Made by a program: the position numbers and the translations under genes
In this document: one piece after another, positions 1 through 9,600 of the stretch
Numbering within the stretch: position 1 is the stretch's first letter
How the letters are laid out: the number at the start of each line of letters is the position of its first letter
The notes under the pieces: generated by a model
What the model saw: only the letters and a program-made list of their open reading frames with translations
The model's database searches: none
Told to the model about the DNA's origin: nothing
DNA from: an uncultured Gemmatimonadales bacterium
Lineage (GTDB): Bacteria > Gemmatimonadota > Gemmatimonadetes > Gemmatimonadales > GWC2-71-9
DNA length: 64,000 bases
Direction of reading: 5' to 3'
NCBI GenBank assembly: GCA_963779755.1
Contig: CAVZZO010000001.1
Span: forward strand, 1,984,001-2,048,000

Positions 1-2235
1 GGCTTCCTGGAACTGGCGCGGCGCAAGACGCTGGGGCCCAGCACGGCTGCTCTGGCCCAGGCCGCACAGCAGCGGCGCATCCCCTGGGAGCGGCTGGACG
101 GCGACCACCTGATCCAGCTGGGAACCGGGGTGTACCAGTGCCGGGTGCAGGGGTCCATCACCAGCCGTACCTCGCAAATAGGGGTGGAGATCGCACAGGA
201 CAAGGCGCTGACCAACCGGGTGCTGGACGCTCTGGGGATTCCGGTGCCGGCCCAGGTGCGGGTCGATGACGAGGACGAAGCCGTGGCGGCGGCGGCTCGG
301 CTGGGATGGCCCGTTGTGGTGAAACCGGTGGATGGCAATCACGGCCGGGGGGTCGAACCGGGGGTCAGTACCGCGGCCGAGGTGCGGACGGCGTATCATG
401 CTGCGTCGCAGGAGGGGGGTGGGGTGCTGGTGGAGGAGCACCTCGAGGGGCGGGATTATCGGCTGCTGGTAGTGAACGGGTCGGTCGTGGCTGCCGCCCA
501 ACGGGTGCCGGCCCAGGTGGTGGGCGACGGGATAAGCGCGATCGAGGCGCTGGTGGAACGGGTCAACGCCGACCCGCGGCGGGGGGAGGGACATGCGAAT
601 GTGCTGACCCGCATCGAGCTGGATGAAGAAGCGGACCGGATGCTGGCGCGGGCCGGGCACCGCCGGGACAGCGTCCCCGCCCGTGGAGAGGTGGTTCCAT
701 TGCGGGCTACGGCCAACCTTTCCCGGGGCGGCACCTCGGTGGACGTCACCGACCGCGTTCACCCCGACAATCGTCTGCTCGCCGTGCGCGCCGCCCTGGC
801 GGTGGGCCTGGACGTGGCGGGCGTGGACTTCCTCTGCCCCGACATCACCCGTTCCTACCTGGAGGTGGGTGGCGGCGTGTGCGAGCTGAACGCCGCTCCC
901 GGCCTGCGCATGCATGTGGCGCCGGCAGCAGGTACGCCCCGCGACGTCGCCGGCCCGATCATGGATTATCTGTATCCGCCCGGCTCTGCCACCACCATTC
1001 CCATCGCCGCGATCACCGGAACCAACGGCAAGACCACCACGGCCCGGATGGTGGCGCACCTGGCCGCTGCCGCCCACCGGCGCGTGGGGCTTGCCACGAC
1101 CGACGGAGTGTACGTCGGCGGGCGGCGGATCGCCCGCGGCGACATGACGGGCCCGGCATCGGCGCGCATGCTGCTGCGGGACGCCACGGTGGACTGCGCC
1201 GTGCTGGAGACCGCACGGGGCGGCATTCTGCGCGAGGGGCTGGGCTTCCGGCATTGCAGCGTAGGCGCGGTGCTCAACGTGACCGCGGACCATCTGGGAC
1301 TCGGCGGCATCGACACGGTCGAAGGCCTGGCCGACGTCAAACGGATCGTGGTCGAGGTCGCCGGCAACCTCGCCGTCCTCAACGCCGACGATCCGCTGTG
1401 TCTCGTGATGGCGGAATCCACCGAGGCGCGTATCTGTCTGGTCAGCCTGGACCCGATGAACCCGGCCATCGTGCGGCATCTCCAGAGTGGCGGGCTGGCC
1501 GTCGTGCTGGAGGATGGCAATGATCCGTCGCTGGTGGTCTGCGAAGGGGCCCGGCGCACCCCCCTGCTGCCGGCGCGCCGCATCCCCGCCACCCTGGACG
1601 GCAAGATCCGCTTCAACATCCAGAATGCAGCTTTCGCGGCGGCTATCGGCCTGGGATTGGGATTGGACGTTGGGACGATCCGGGGCGGGCTGGCTACCTT
1701 CGAGGCCAGTATCACCCATACACCGGGACGGGTGAACCTGTATGACAAACATCCGTTCCGGGTGCTGGTGGACTACGGGCACAACCCGGCGGCGGTACGC
1801 GCCATGTGCGAGGTGGCCGGGAAGCTGGCTGGCACGGGGCGGACGATCTGTGTGCTGGCGGTGCCGGGCGACCGGCGGGACGAAGATATCCGGGAGGTGG
1901 CCCGGGTGGCCGCGGGCTGGTGCGACTACTACATCTGCCGTCGCGACGACCAGCTACGCGGCCGGCGACCGGACGAGGTGCCGCTTCTCCTGTGCGAAGG
2001 GCTTCGTTCCGCCGGGGTGCCGGCCGAGCGAATCAGCGTGGTGCCGTCCGAAGCGGACGCCACGCTGACGGCGCTCGGCACGGCCCGCCCGGGCGATCTG
2101 CTGCTCCTCTTCGCCGATAACCTGGAGCGGACCTGGCAGCAGGTGGTGACCTTCCAGCCGGAGGTGCAGCCGGTGGTGTCGCGGGGTCGGTTCAGCACGC
2201 CGGCGGTCGCCCGGCGGGAGCAGGCGCTCGCGTGA
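1..2235 (+). CDS. cphA: Cyanophycin synthetase, 5'-truncated by the window edge
   Basis: Frame is open from base 1 (GFLELARRKTLGPSTAALAQAA, containing the LGPST motif). ATP-grasp motif VVVKPVDGNHGRGV, ELNAAPGLRMH, and a Mur-ligase-like module (ITGTNGKTTT, ETARGG, DYGHN). Confidence 0.95.
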   Translation, partial: GFLELARRKTLGPSTAALAQAAQQRRIPWERLDGDHLIQLGTGVYQCRVQGSITSRTSQIGVEIAQDKALTNRVLDALGIPVPAQVRVDDEDEAVAAAARLGWPVVVKPVDGNHGRGVEPGVSTAAEVRTAYHAASQEGGGVLVEEHLEGRDYRLLVVNGSVVAAAQRVPAQVVGDGISAIEALVERVNADPRRGEGHANVLTRIELDEEADRMLARAGHRRDSVPARGEVVPLRATANLSRGGTSVDVTDRVHPDNRLLAVRAALAVGLDVAGVDFLCPDITRSYLEVGGGVCELNAAPGLRMHVAPAAGTPRDVAGPIMDYLYPPGSATTIPIAAITGTNGKTTTARMVAHLAAAAHRRVGLATTDGVYVGGRRIARGDMTGPASARMLLRDATVDCAVLETARGGILREGLGFRHCSVGAVLNVTADHLGLGGIDTVEGLADVKRIVVEVAGNLAVLNADDPLCLVMAESTEARICLVSLDPMNPAIVRHLQSGGLAVVLEDGNDPSLVVCEGARRTPLLPARRIPATLDGKIRFNIQNAAFAAAIGLGLGLDVGTIRGGLATFEASITHTPGRVNLYDKHPFRVLVDYGHNPAAVRAMCEVAGKLAGTGRTICVLAVPGDRRDEDIREVARVAAGWCDYYICRRDDQLRGRRPDEVPLLLCEGLRSAGVPAERISVVPSEADATLTALGTARPGDLLLLFADNLERTWQQVVTFQPEVQPVVSRGRFSTPAVARREQALA

Positions 2236-2373
2236 TTGAACTGGCGCTCTTCGAGGAAGACGCCGTCCTGGCCCGGATGGCGTTCCGCACCGCCTCCGCT
2301 ACCTTGGCGGAAAGGAGATGTTCAAACTGCTTGAACGGGAGCCTCGCATTTTACGACTCACGGGCGGTATGGC

Positions 2374-2826
2374 ATGACCCCGGACACACCACCGGAATCC
2401 CCGCTCTCGCTCACCGAGGCCCAGCGCCGGCGCCTGGCGGTGTTTCTCGAAATCGTGGACCGGGGGATCGCCGAGGTAGTCGGCGCCTCCCCGCCGCCGA
2501 GCCCGCCGGGAATCCTGGGGCATGAGGCCGACGATTTGCCCCAGGGATTCTCCGAGGCGATCGCAGCCGATGCGCACGCGGTGCGCGCCGAGCTTCGGCT
2601 GCTGGTCGAGAGCCTGGGCCTGGCGCGGACCGAACGTTCCCGCCGCAAGCGGATCCGGGCCCTGCTGGTGTCCATGATCGTCAACCTGGAGGACGCCGGC
2701 TCCCGCGGCCTGCGAGGCTACGGCCCGATGGATGAACGCATCGGCCAGGCCATCGACCCGGCACTCGACGCCATTCGCTCCCGGCTGGTCCGGATCGCCC
2801 GGCTGCTGGACGAACCATCGGGATGA
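2374..2826 (+). CDS. Hypothetical helical protein (150 aa)
   Basis: ORF with GC-rich codon usage and a C-terminal 'LEDAGSRGLRGYG' motif; no function recognised. Confidence 0.7.
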   Translation: MTPDTPPESPLSLTEAQRRRLAVFLEIVDRGIAEVVGASPPPSPPGILGHEADDLPQGFSEAIAADAHAVRAELRLLVESLGLARTERSRRKRIRALLVSMIVNLEDAGSRGLRGYGPMDERIGQAIDPALDAIRSRLVRIARLLDEPSG

Positions 2827-2995
2827 CGCCTGGGAGGGAGCCCCGGCCCGGGGGCGGCCGCCACCGGGGGTCAGCGGTAGCGGCTGCTCTCGCCGCTGTC
2901 CGCCGTGAGACGGAACTTCCGGCGGGTTCGCCGGTATCAGGCAGGAGCAGCACCAGCCAGGTGCGTCGCCGGCACCTGATGAAAGGCGGGACGAG

Positions 2996-3643
2996 ATGCA
3001 TGGAGGAATCGGGCTGACGCTCGGTGTGATGGCCGGGATGGTCTTGTGGGCCGGCCGGGCTGTGGCGCAGGCCGACAGTACGCGCCGGCCGGTATCACCG
3101 GTCGACAGCGTAGACCTGCACCGGTACATGGGCCGCTGGTACGAGGTGGCGCGCCTGCCCAACGGCTTTCAGAAGCAGTGCGTGGGGGAGACCACGGCCG
3201 ATTACGACCTGCTGGCGGACGGGCAGATCCGGGTGGTCAACCAGTGCCGCCAGGCCGACGGCACCCTGAAACGCGCCGAGGGCCGGGCACGGCGGGCCCA
3301 CCGCAAGGCGCCACTCTCGGAGCTCAAGGTCCGGTTCGCGCCGAAGTTCCTTTCTTTCCTCGGCGTGGTCTGGGGCGACTACTGGATTCTCGACCTGACC
3401 GACGACTACTCCGCCGCGCTGGTGGGCGAGCCGAGCCGCCGGTATCTCTGGGTGCTTTCACGCACGCCGGTGCTGGCCGATTCGACTTACCAGCGGATGG
3501 TCGCCACCGCCCGGCGTCAGGGATTCGACACGACGCAGCTCATGTTGTCGCCGGCGCAAGCGGAGGCCGGGGAGCCCCCCTCCTCTGCTCCGCCCGCTCA
3601 CGGCGGAAGTCCGGCTCCTGGTCGGGACGGCGGGAAGCCCTGA
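2996..3643 (+). CDS. blc: Lipocalin family protein (Blc-like)
   Basis: Signal peptide, VDLHRYMGRWYEVARLP, GDYWIL and YLWVLSRTP lipocalin motifs. Confidence 0.92.
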   Translation: MHGGIGLTLGVMAGMVLWAGRAVAQADSTRRPVSPVDSVDLHRYMGRWYEVARLPNGFQKQCVGETTADYDLLADGQIRVVNQCRQADGTLKRAEGRARRAHRKAPLSELKVRFAPKFLSFLGVVWGDYWILDLTDDYSAALVGEPSRRYLWVLSRTPVLADSTYQRMVATARRQGFDTTQLMLSPAQAEAGEPPSSAPPAHGGSPAPGRDGGKP

Positions 3644-6600
3644 TTACGGCATGGCGGGCCGCACGCTGACCTCGTGCCGCTCGCCGTCGTCCACCAGGAG
3701 GATGGCCGGCCCGTTCACCGGCCGGCCGTCCATCATCAGTTCCACCGCTCCCCGGGCGGCGCCGTCCGGATTGTGCACCACGATGACGTAGCGGCTCCGT
3801 CCGTGCCGGTACTCGATGGTGTATTCACGCCATCCTGCGGGGGCCCTGGGCTCCAGGAACAGCATCTCGCCGCGTTTGTGGAATCCCAGGATTCCTTCCA
3901 GGCCGGCGCGGTACATCCAGCTCGCCGATCCGGTGTACCAGGTCCACCCGCCGCGCCCGAGGTGGCCCTCGGCCGTGTACACATCGGCCGCCACCACATA
4001 CGGCTCCACCTTGTAGATCTCCACCTCCTCCGGCGTGCGCGCGTGCGTGAGCGGATTGAGCATCTGGTACAGTTCGAACGCCCGGTCCGCGTCGCCGCGC
4101 AGGGCCGTTGCGAGCACGGCCCATATGGCGGCATGGGTGTACTGGGCGCCGTTCTCGCGGATGCCGGGCAGGTAGCCCTTGATGTAGCCGGGATCCTGCG
4201 GCATCGTGTCGAACGGCGGGGTGAGGAGCATGATGAGCCGCGCATCCTCCCGCACCAGGCGGTGTTCCAGCGAGCCCAGCGCCTGGGCCTGCCGGTCCGG
4301 GTGCCCGGCGTGTGACAGCACGCTCCAGCTCTGCGCGATGGAGTCGATCTGGCACTCCTCGTTCCCGGCGGAGCCGAGCGGCGTGCCGTCGTCGAAATAG
4401 GCGCGGCGATACCAGGCGCCGTCCCATCCATGCGCCTCGACCGCGGCGGTGTAGGCTTCGGCGTGTCGCCGGCAGTCGGCCGCGACGGCCGCATCCCCAC
4501 GGGCTTCGGCATGCTGCGCGAAGCTCCGCAGGGTCGCAATCAGGAACCAGGCCAGCCAGACGCTCTCCCCCCGGCCCGCCACGCCGACGCGATTCATCCC
4601 GTCGTTCCAGTCGCCCGCCCCGATCAGCGGCAGCCCGTGCGTCCCGGCGGTGCAGGCGTGCGCGAGAGCCCGGCGGCAGTGCTCGTATACGCTCGCCTCC
4701 TCGTCGGCGGTGCGGGGCACGTCGTACACTTCCTGCTCGTCCGGCTCGAGCGCGCGCATGACGAGGAAGGGGACCGGTACGTCCAGTACCGACGCGTCCC
4801 CGGTCGTCCGGATGTAGTGATCGACCACATACGGCAGCCAGACGAGATCGTCGGAGAACCGGGTGCGTATCCCGCGCCCGGCCGGCGGATGCCACCAATG
4901 CTGCACGTCCCCTTCCAGAAACTGGCGGCCGGCGGCCCGGACGATGTGCTCGCGCGCCAGGGCCGGGTCGGCGTAGACGAACGCCATCACGTCCTGCAGC
5001 TGATCACGGAAGCCGTAGGCCCCGCCGCTTTGATAGAGCGCCGAGCGTCCCCACATGCGGCAGGAGAGCGCCTGGTACAGCGTCCACCGGTTGAGCATGG
5101 CGTCGAAAGTGGGCTCCGGTGTCCGGACGGTGATCGCCGAGAGCCGCTCGGCCCAGGCGGCGATGCTGCCGGCGAGGGCGGCCTGTGCCCGGGCCACGTC
5201 GCGATACTCCGCCACCGCCTGCCGGGCCGCGGTCTCGTCGCCGGCGGCGCCCAGCAGGATGGCGATCTCGCGCGTCTCTCCCGGCGCCAGCGACAGCTCG
5301 CACTGCAGCGCGGCGCAGGGATCGATGCCGGCGCCGGTGATGGCGTTCAGCCTGCCGCCGGCACGAAGCGCCGCCGGGTCGGCGACGGTGCCGTTCCTGC
5401 CGAGGAAGTCCAGCCGGCTCGCGGTGTGCGCCGCCAGCGGCTCGGTGATGGCATGGAAGGCCACCCAGTCGGCGAACTGCGGGTCGAAGGTATTCTGCGC
5501 CAGGATGGCGCTCTGCGCAGGGTCCGGCATGGTGCGCACCTGGTGCTGCGTGTGTTCGCGCAGCACACCCAGCGTCCATTCCACGTAGGTCGTGATGGTG
5601 AGCCGCCGGGGACGGGTGTCGTGATTGGTCACCCGCAGGATCGACAGCTTCACTGCCGCGTCGTCCGCCATGCCCAGCATGAGCGTGGTGGTGATGCCTC
5701 CGCCGTGTTCGTGCTCGAACGAGGTGGTGCCCGCGCTGTGGCGGACGAGGTAGGGCAGCGCCTGTCGTACCGGCCCCGGTGTGGCGCTCCACAGCTCCCC
5801 GGTCTCGTCGTCCTGCAGGTAGACGGCTTCGGTCACCTGATCGCTGACCGGATCGTTGTGCCAGGGCGTGAGCCGGTAGAGCTGGCTGTTGGCGGCCCAG
5901 GTGAATCCGCCGCCCCGCTCGGTCACCACGAACCCGCCGTGAGGATTGGCGATGACGTTCGCCCAGGGGGCCGGGGGGAGACGGCCGTCCTGGACCTGGA
6001 TCTCGTAATCCCCCTCGGCGGTGAGGCCGCCGAAGCCGTTGGCCGGCGGCGGGGGCGGCGCGCCGCCCCGGCGTCCGGTGCCGGAGGACCAGCTGGAGAA
6101 CAGCGGCGCGGTGAGCGGCCCGAGCAGACGCGCCCCGATTCGCCGCATCACATTCGCCACCCGCAGGTCGCTCCGCTCCGGGGCGCGCGTGCCGGAGGGC
6201 GGGGATTCGTCTTCGTCGGCCGGCAGCTCGTCCGGCGGCGTGGCGGCCGCCACGGCACGCCCCAGCGCCCGCCCGTCGCAGGAGATGTGCACCCGGGCGG
6301 TGGCGCGCAACATCTGGAGCGCGTCGGCAGCCAGCTGATCGCGCCGGCGCACGAAGACGCCTCCGGGGCGGTCGAACGAGCCGGAATCGCTCACGGCGTA
6401 GACCGCCGCGGTAATCCGGTCGGTCAGGTCCTGGTGATAGGTGGATGCGGCCATGTTGAGGACGACCAGATCCACCGTCATGCCGCGGCGCCGCCAGTAG
6501 CGGTGCGCCGCGAGCAGCTGGCGCAGGGTGGAGAGCCCGTCGGCCGACTCGATGGTGGCGAGCAGAATAGGCCAGTCACCGGAAAGGCCGGCGGTCCACA

Positions 6601-9600
6601 GCAGCGGCTGGGAGCCGCGGTTGCGGCGCAACTCCGACTGCGGCGGACGCAGGCCCGGGTTGCCGTAGAACAGGTCTCCGGCAAGTTCCTGGAACACGGC
6701 GGCATCGGCCGGTGTGAGCCCGAGCTCCCGCAGTTCGACCTGATTCGAGGTCCAGGCCAGATCCAGGGCGCGCTGGGCTGCGTGGGGATCATGGTAACGG
6801 TCCGCCAGCTCGAAGGCCCGCTCGGGGCTGGTGGCGACCAGCGTGGTAAAGGCCACGGACGCCGACTGCCCCGGCGCGAGCCGGACCCGGGTGCGCAGCG
6901 CGAAGACGGGATCCAGGACCGCCCCGGTGGTCCCCGAGAGCGGCCCCTCGCCCTCCAGGGCGGCCGGGTCCCGGGGCGTGCGGCCCCGGCCGAGGAAGCG
7001 GGCCCGGTCGGTTTCGCAGGTCACCGGCCCGACCCGTTCCTTGCCGCTATCCATCACATGGACGCACCAGAGCTGCCGCTCCTCTGCCGACCGCGGCCGG
7101 CGGGTGGCGGTGATCGCGCTACACCACTCGTGCCATTCCGTCTCGACGAACAGATTGCTGAAGGCCGGATGGGCACGGTCCGCAGTCGGCGGAGCGAGGA
7201 CGATCTCCCCGTAGCTGGTGAGCTCGACCTCGCGGTCATCGTCGGCGTGGTTGGTCAGGATCACCCGCCGGACTTCGGCCGAGTCCTCCGGGACCGCGAC
7301 GACCTCGGTCCGGGTCTCGATGGCATCGTCCAGGCGGTGGAAGGTCACGCGATCGGTGGCCAGATGGGCGTGATACCAGTCGGCCGCCGCGGCCACGGGC
7401 TGGTGCGCCGCCGACCAGACCCGCCCGGTCGACACATCCTTGAGGTAACAGAACTGCCCGGTGGCGTCGCAGGACCCGTCGGCCCGCCAGCGGGTCACGG
7501 CGAGGCCCTCGTAGCGGGAGTACCCGCCGCCGCAGTGGCTCAGCATCACGGTGTAGGGCAGGTAGCCCAGCAGCGCGACATGCGGCTCGGGCGTATCGGG
7601 CGTCTCGAACTGGCGCACCACAGGCTCCTCTCCTTCCCCCTCATGCCGCATTGGGTCGGGCCGGCCGCCGTCGCGCTCCTGCAGCACCAGCCGGCGCGGG
7701 ATGCGTTCGTGCAGCAACAGTTCCGCCGAGCGCACCAGCGGATCCGCGTGAAAGCGGCGCTGCCAGACCCGCGAGGCCAGCAGGTTCGTGAGCGCGACCA
7801 GCCCCATCCCGATATGATGGGCCATGTAGGTATCAACCAGGGCATAGCGCCGGTCCGGATCGGGGCGGGTATAGTCCAGCGCGTCCCGGAACCCGTACGG
7901 ACCGAGGGCCCCCTTGCTTTCCAGCAACTGGAGGTTCGCCAGGGCGGCCTGCGGGTCGATCAGGGTGGCGAGGATGCTGGCATAGGGCGCGACCACCAGT
8001 TCCCGTCCCAGGCCGCGCTTGAGGGCGAGGTCGGGCACCCCGAAGGCCCGGTACTGGTACGTATGGTGCCGGTCGCGCACGTTGTAGGCGCTCTCGCTCA
8101 CGCCCCAGGGGACACCGCGCGACGCGCCGTAGGCCATCTGCCGGGCCACCACCCCCCGGTACGTCTGCGCCAGCAGGGTGAACGGGAACGACTGCATGAC
8201 GAGCAGGGGCATCAGGTATTCGAACATGCTCCCGCTCCACGATACCAGCGCCGGGGTTCCCGCGGCGTAGGTCATCGTGCGGCCCAGGCGGAACCAGTGT
8301 TCCACCGGTACATCGTTCTTGGCCACGGCCAGGAAGCTGGCCAGGCGCGCCTCCGAGGCAAGGAGATCGTACGACGATGCGTCCAGGGCGTGCGTGTCCT
8401 GGTGGAAGCCGGTCGCGAAGAGCTTGTGCTTGCCCTCGAACAGGAAGCGGAAATCGGTCTCCAGGGCGTAGGCGTAGGCCCGCTCGGCCAGGGCTTCGAG
8501 CCGGGCCGCCAGGTCTGCCGCGGCCGGCGAGCGCACCGCCAGTTTGCGCAGGGTAGCCGGGGAATCCGTCCCGAGGCCGTCGGTCAGGGCGGGCTGCCCG
8601 GCGATGCGCTGCAGGCTCCACTCGATCCATTCCGACGCCTGGTCGCGTTCGGCCCCGGGGAGCCCCGCGCGGGCGATCGCGTCCTGCGCCTGCGCCAGGG
8701 GGCCGGCCACGCCGGCGAGGGCCGCCGCCGAAACGGGCCCCCGGGCCGAGGCGGCCAGCGCGTCGCGCGCTGCGCGGAGATGCTCGTCGGCGCCGTTCGC
8801 CGATGCGGGAGAAGGCAGCCGGTCGCCGGCCAGGTCCAGCGCGGCCTCCAGCGCGAGCCAGGGCGCGCGGGTGAGCACCGGCTGATCCATCAGCGCGAGG
8901 CATGCCTGGCGCAGGGCGACCAGGTGGCCGGCGAGATTGCCGCTGTCCACGGTGGACACGTAGGCCGGCTCCAGCACGCTCAGGTCCCGCAGGTCGTACC
9001 AGTTGTAGAAGTGCCCCCGGAAGCGGCGCATCCGCTCCAGGGAACGGAACGCCAGCTCCAGGCGCCGGACCATCTCGCCCAGAGTCAGGAAGCCCAGGTC
9101 GGCGGCGCTGACGGTCGCCAGCAATTGCAGGCCGATGTTGGTGGGCGAAGTGCGCAGCGCCACGACCGGGTCGGGGCTCTCCTGGAAGTTGTCCGGAGCG
9201 AGCCAGTTGCTCCCGGCGTTGACGAAGCGGTCGAAAAAGCGCCAGTGCAGCAGGGCATAGCGCAGCGCCCGGCTCTGCAGACCCTGGCCCAGGCGGCGGC
9301 GCCGGGTGACGGCCGGCGCGCTCAGCACCTGCGCCACCGCCGGGGCGATCATCCATGCCAGCATCAGCGGCAGCACGGCGACCGCGACCTCCCAGGCCGG
9401 TGTGCCCGTGCCCGCGGGCCGGGCGCTCAGGCGCCACAGGAACCCCAGCAGCACCAGGCCCGCCACCGCCACCGCCGGTCCCATCGCCCGCCAGGCGGCG
9501 GCGCCCGAGTCCGGCAGGCCCTGCTCGATATGGGACGCCGTCTGCCATTCGAGCAGATGGCGCCGGGTGACGAACATCCGCCAGAGGGTCCGGACGATCG

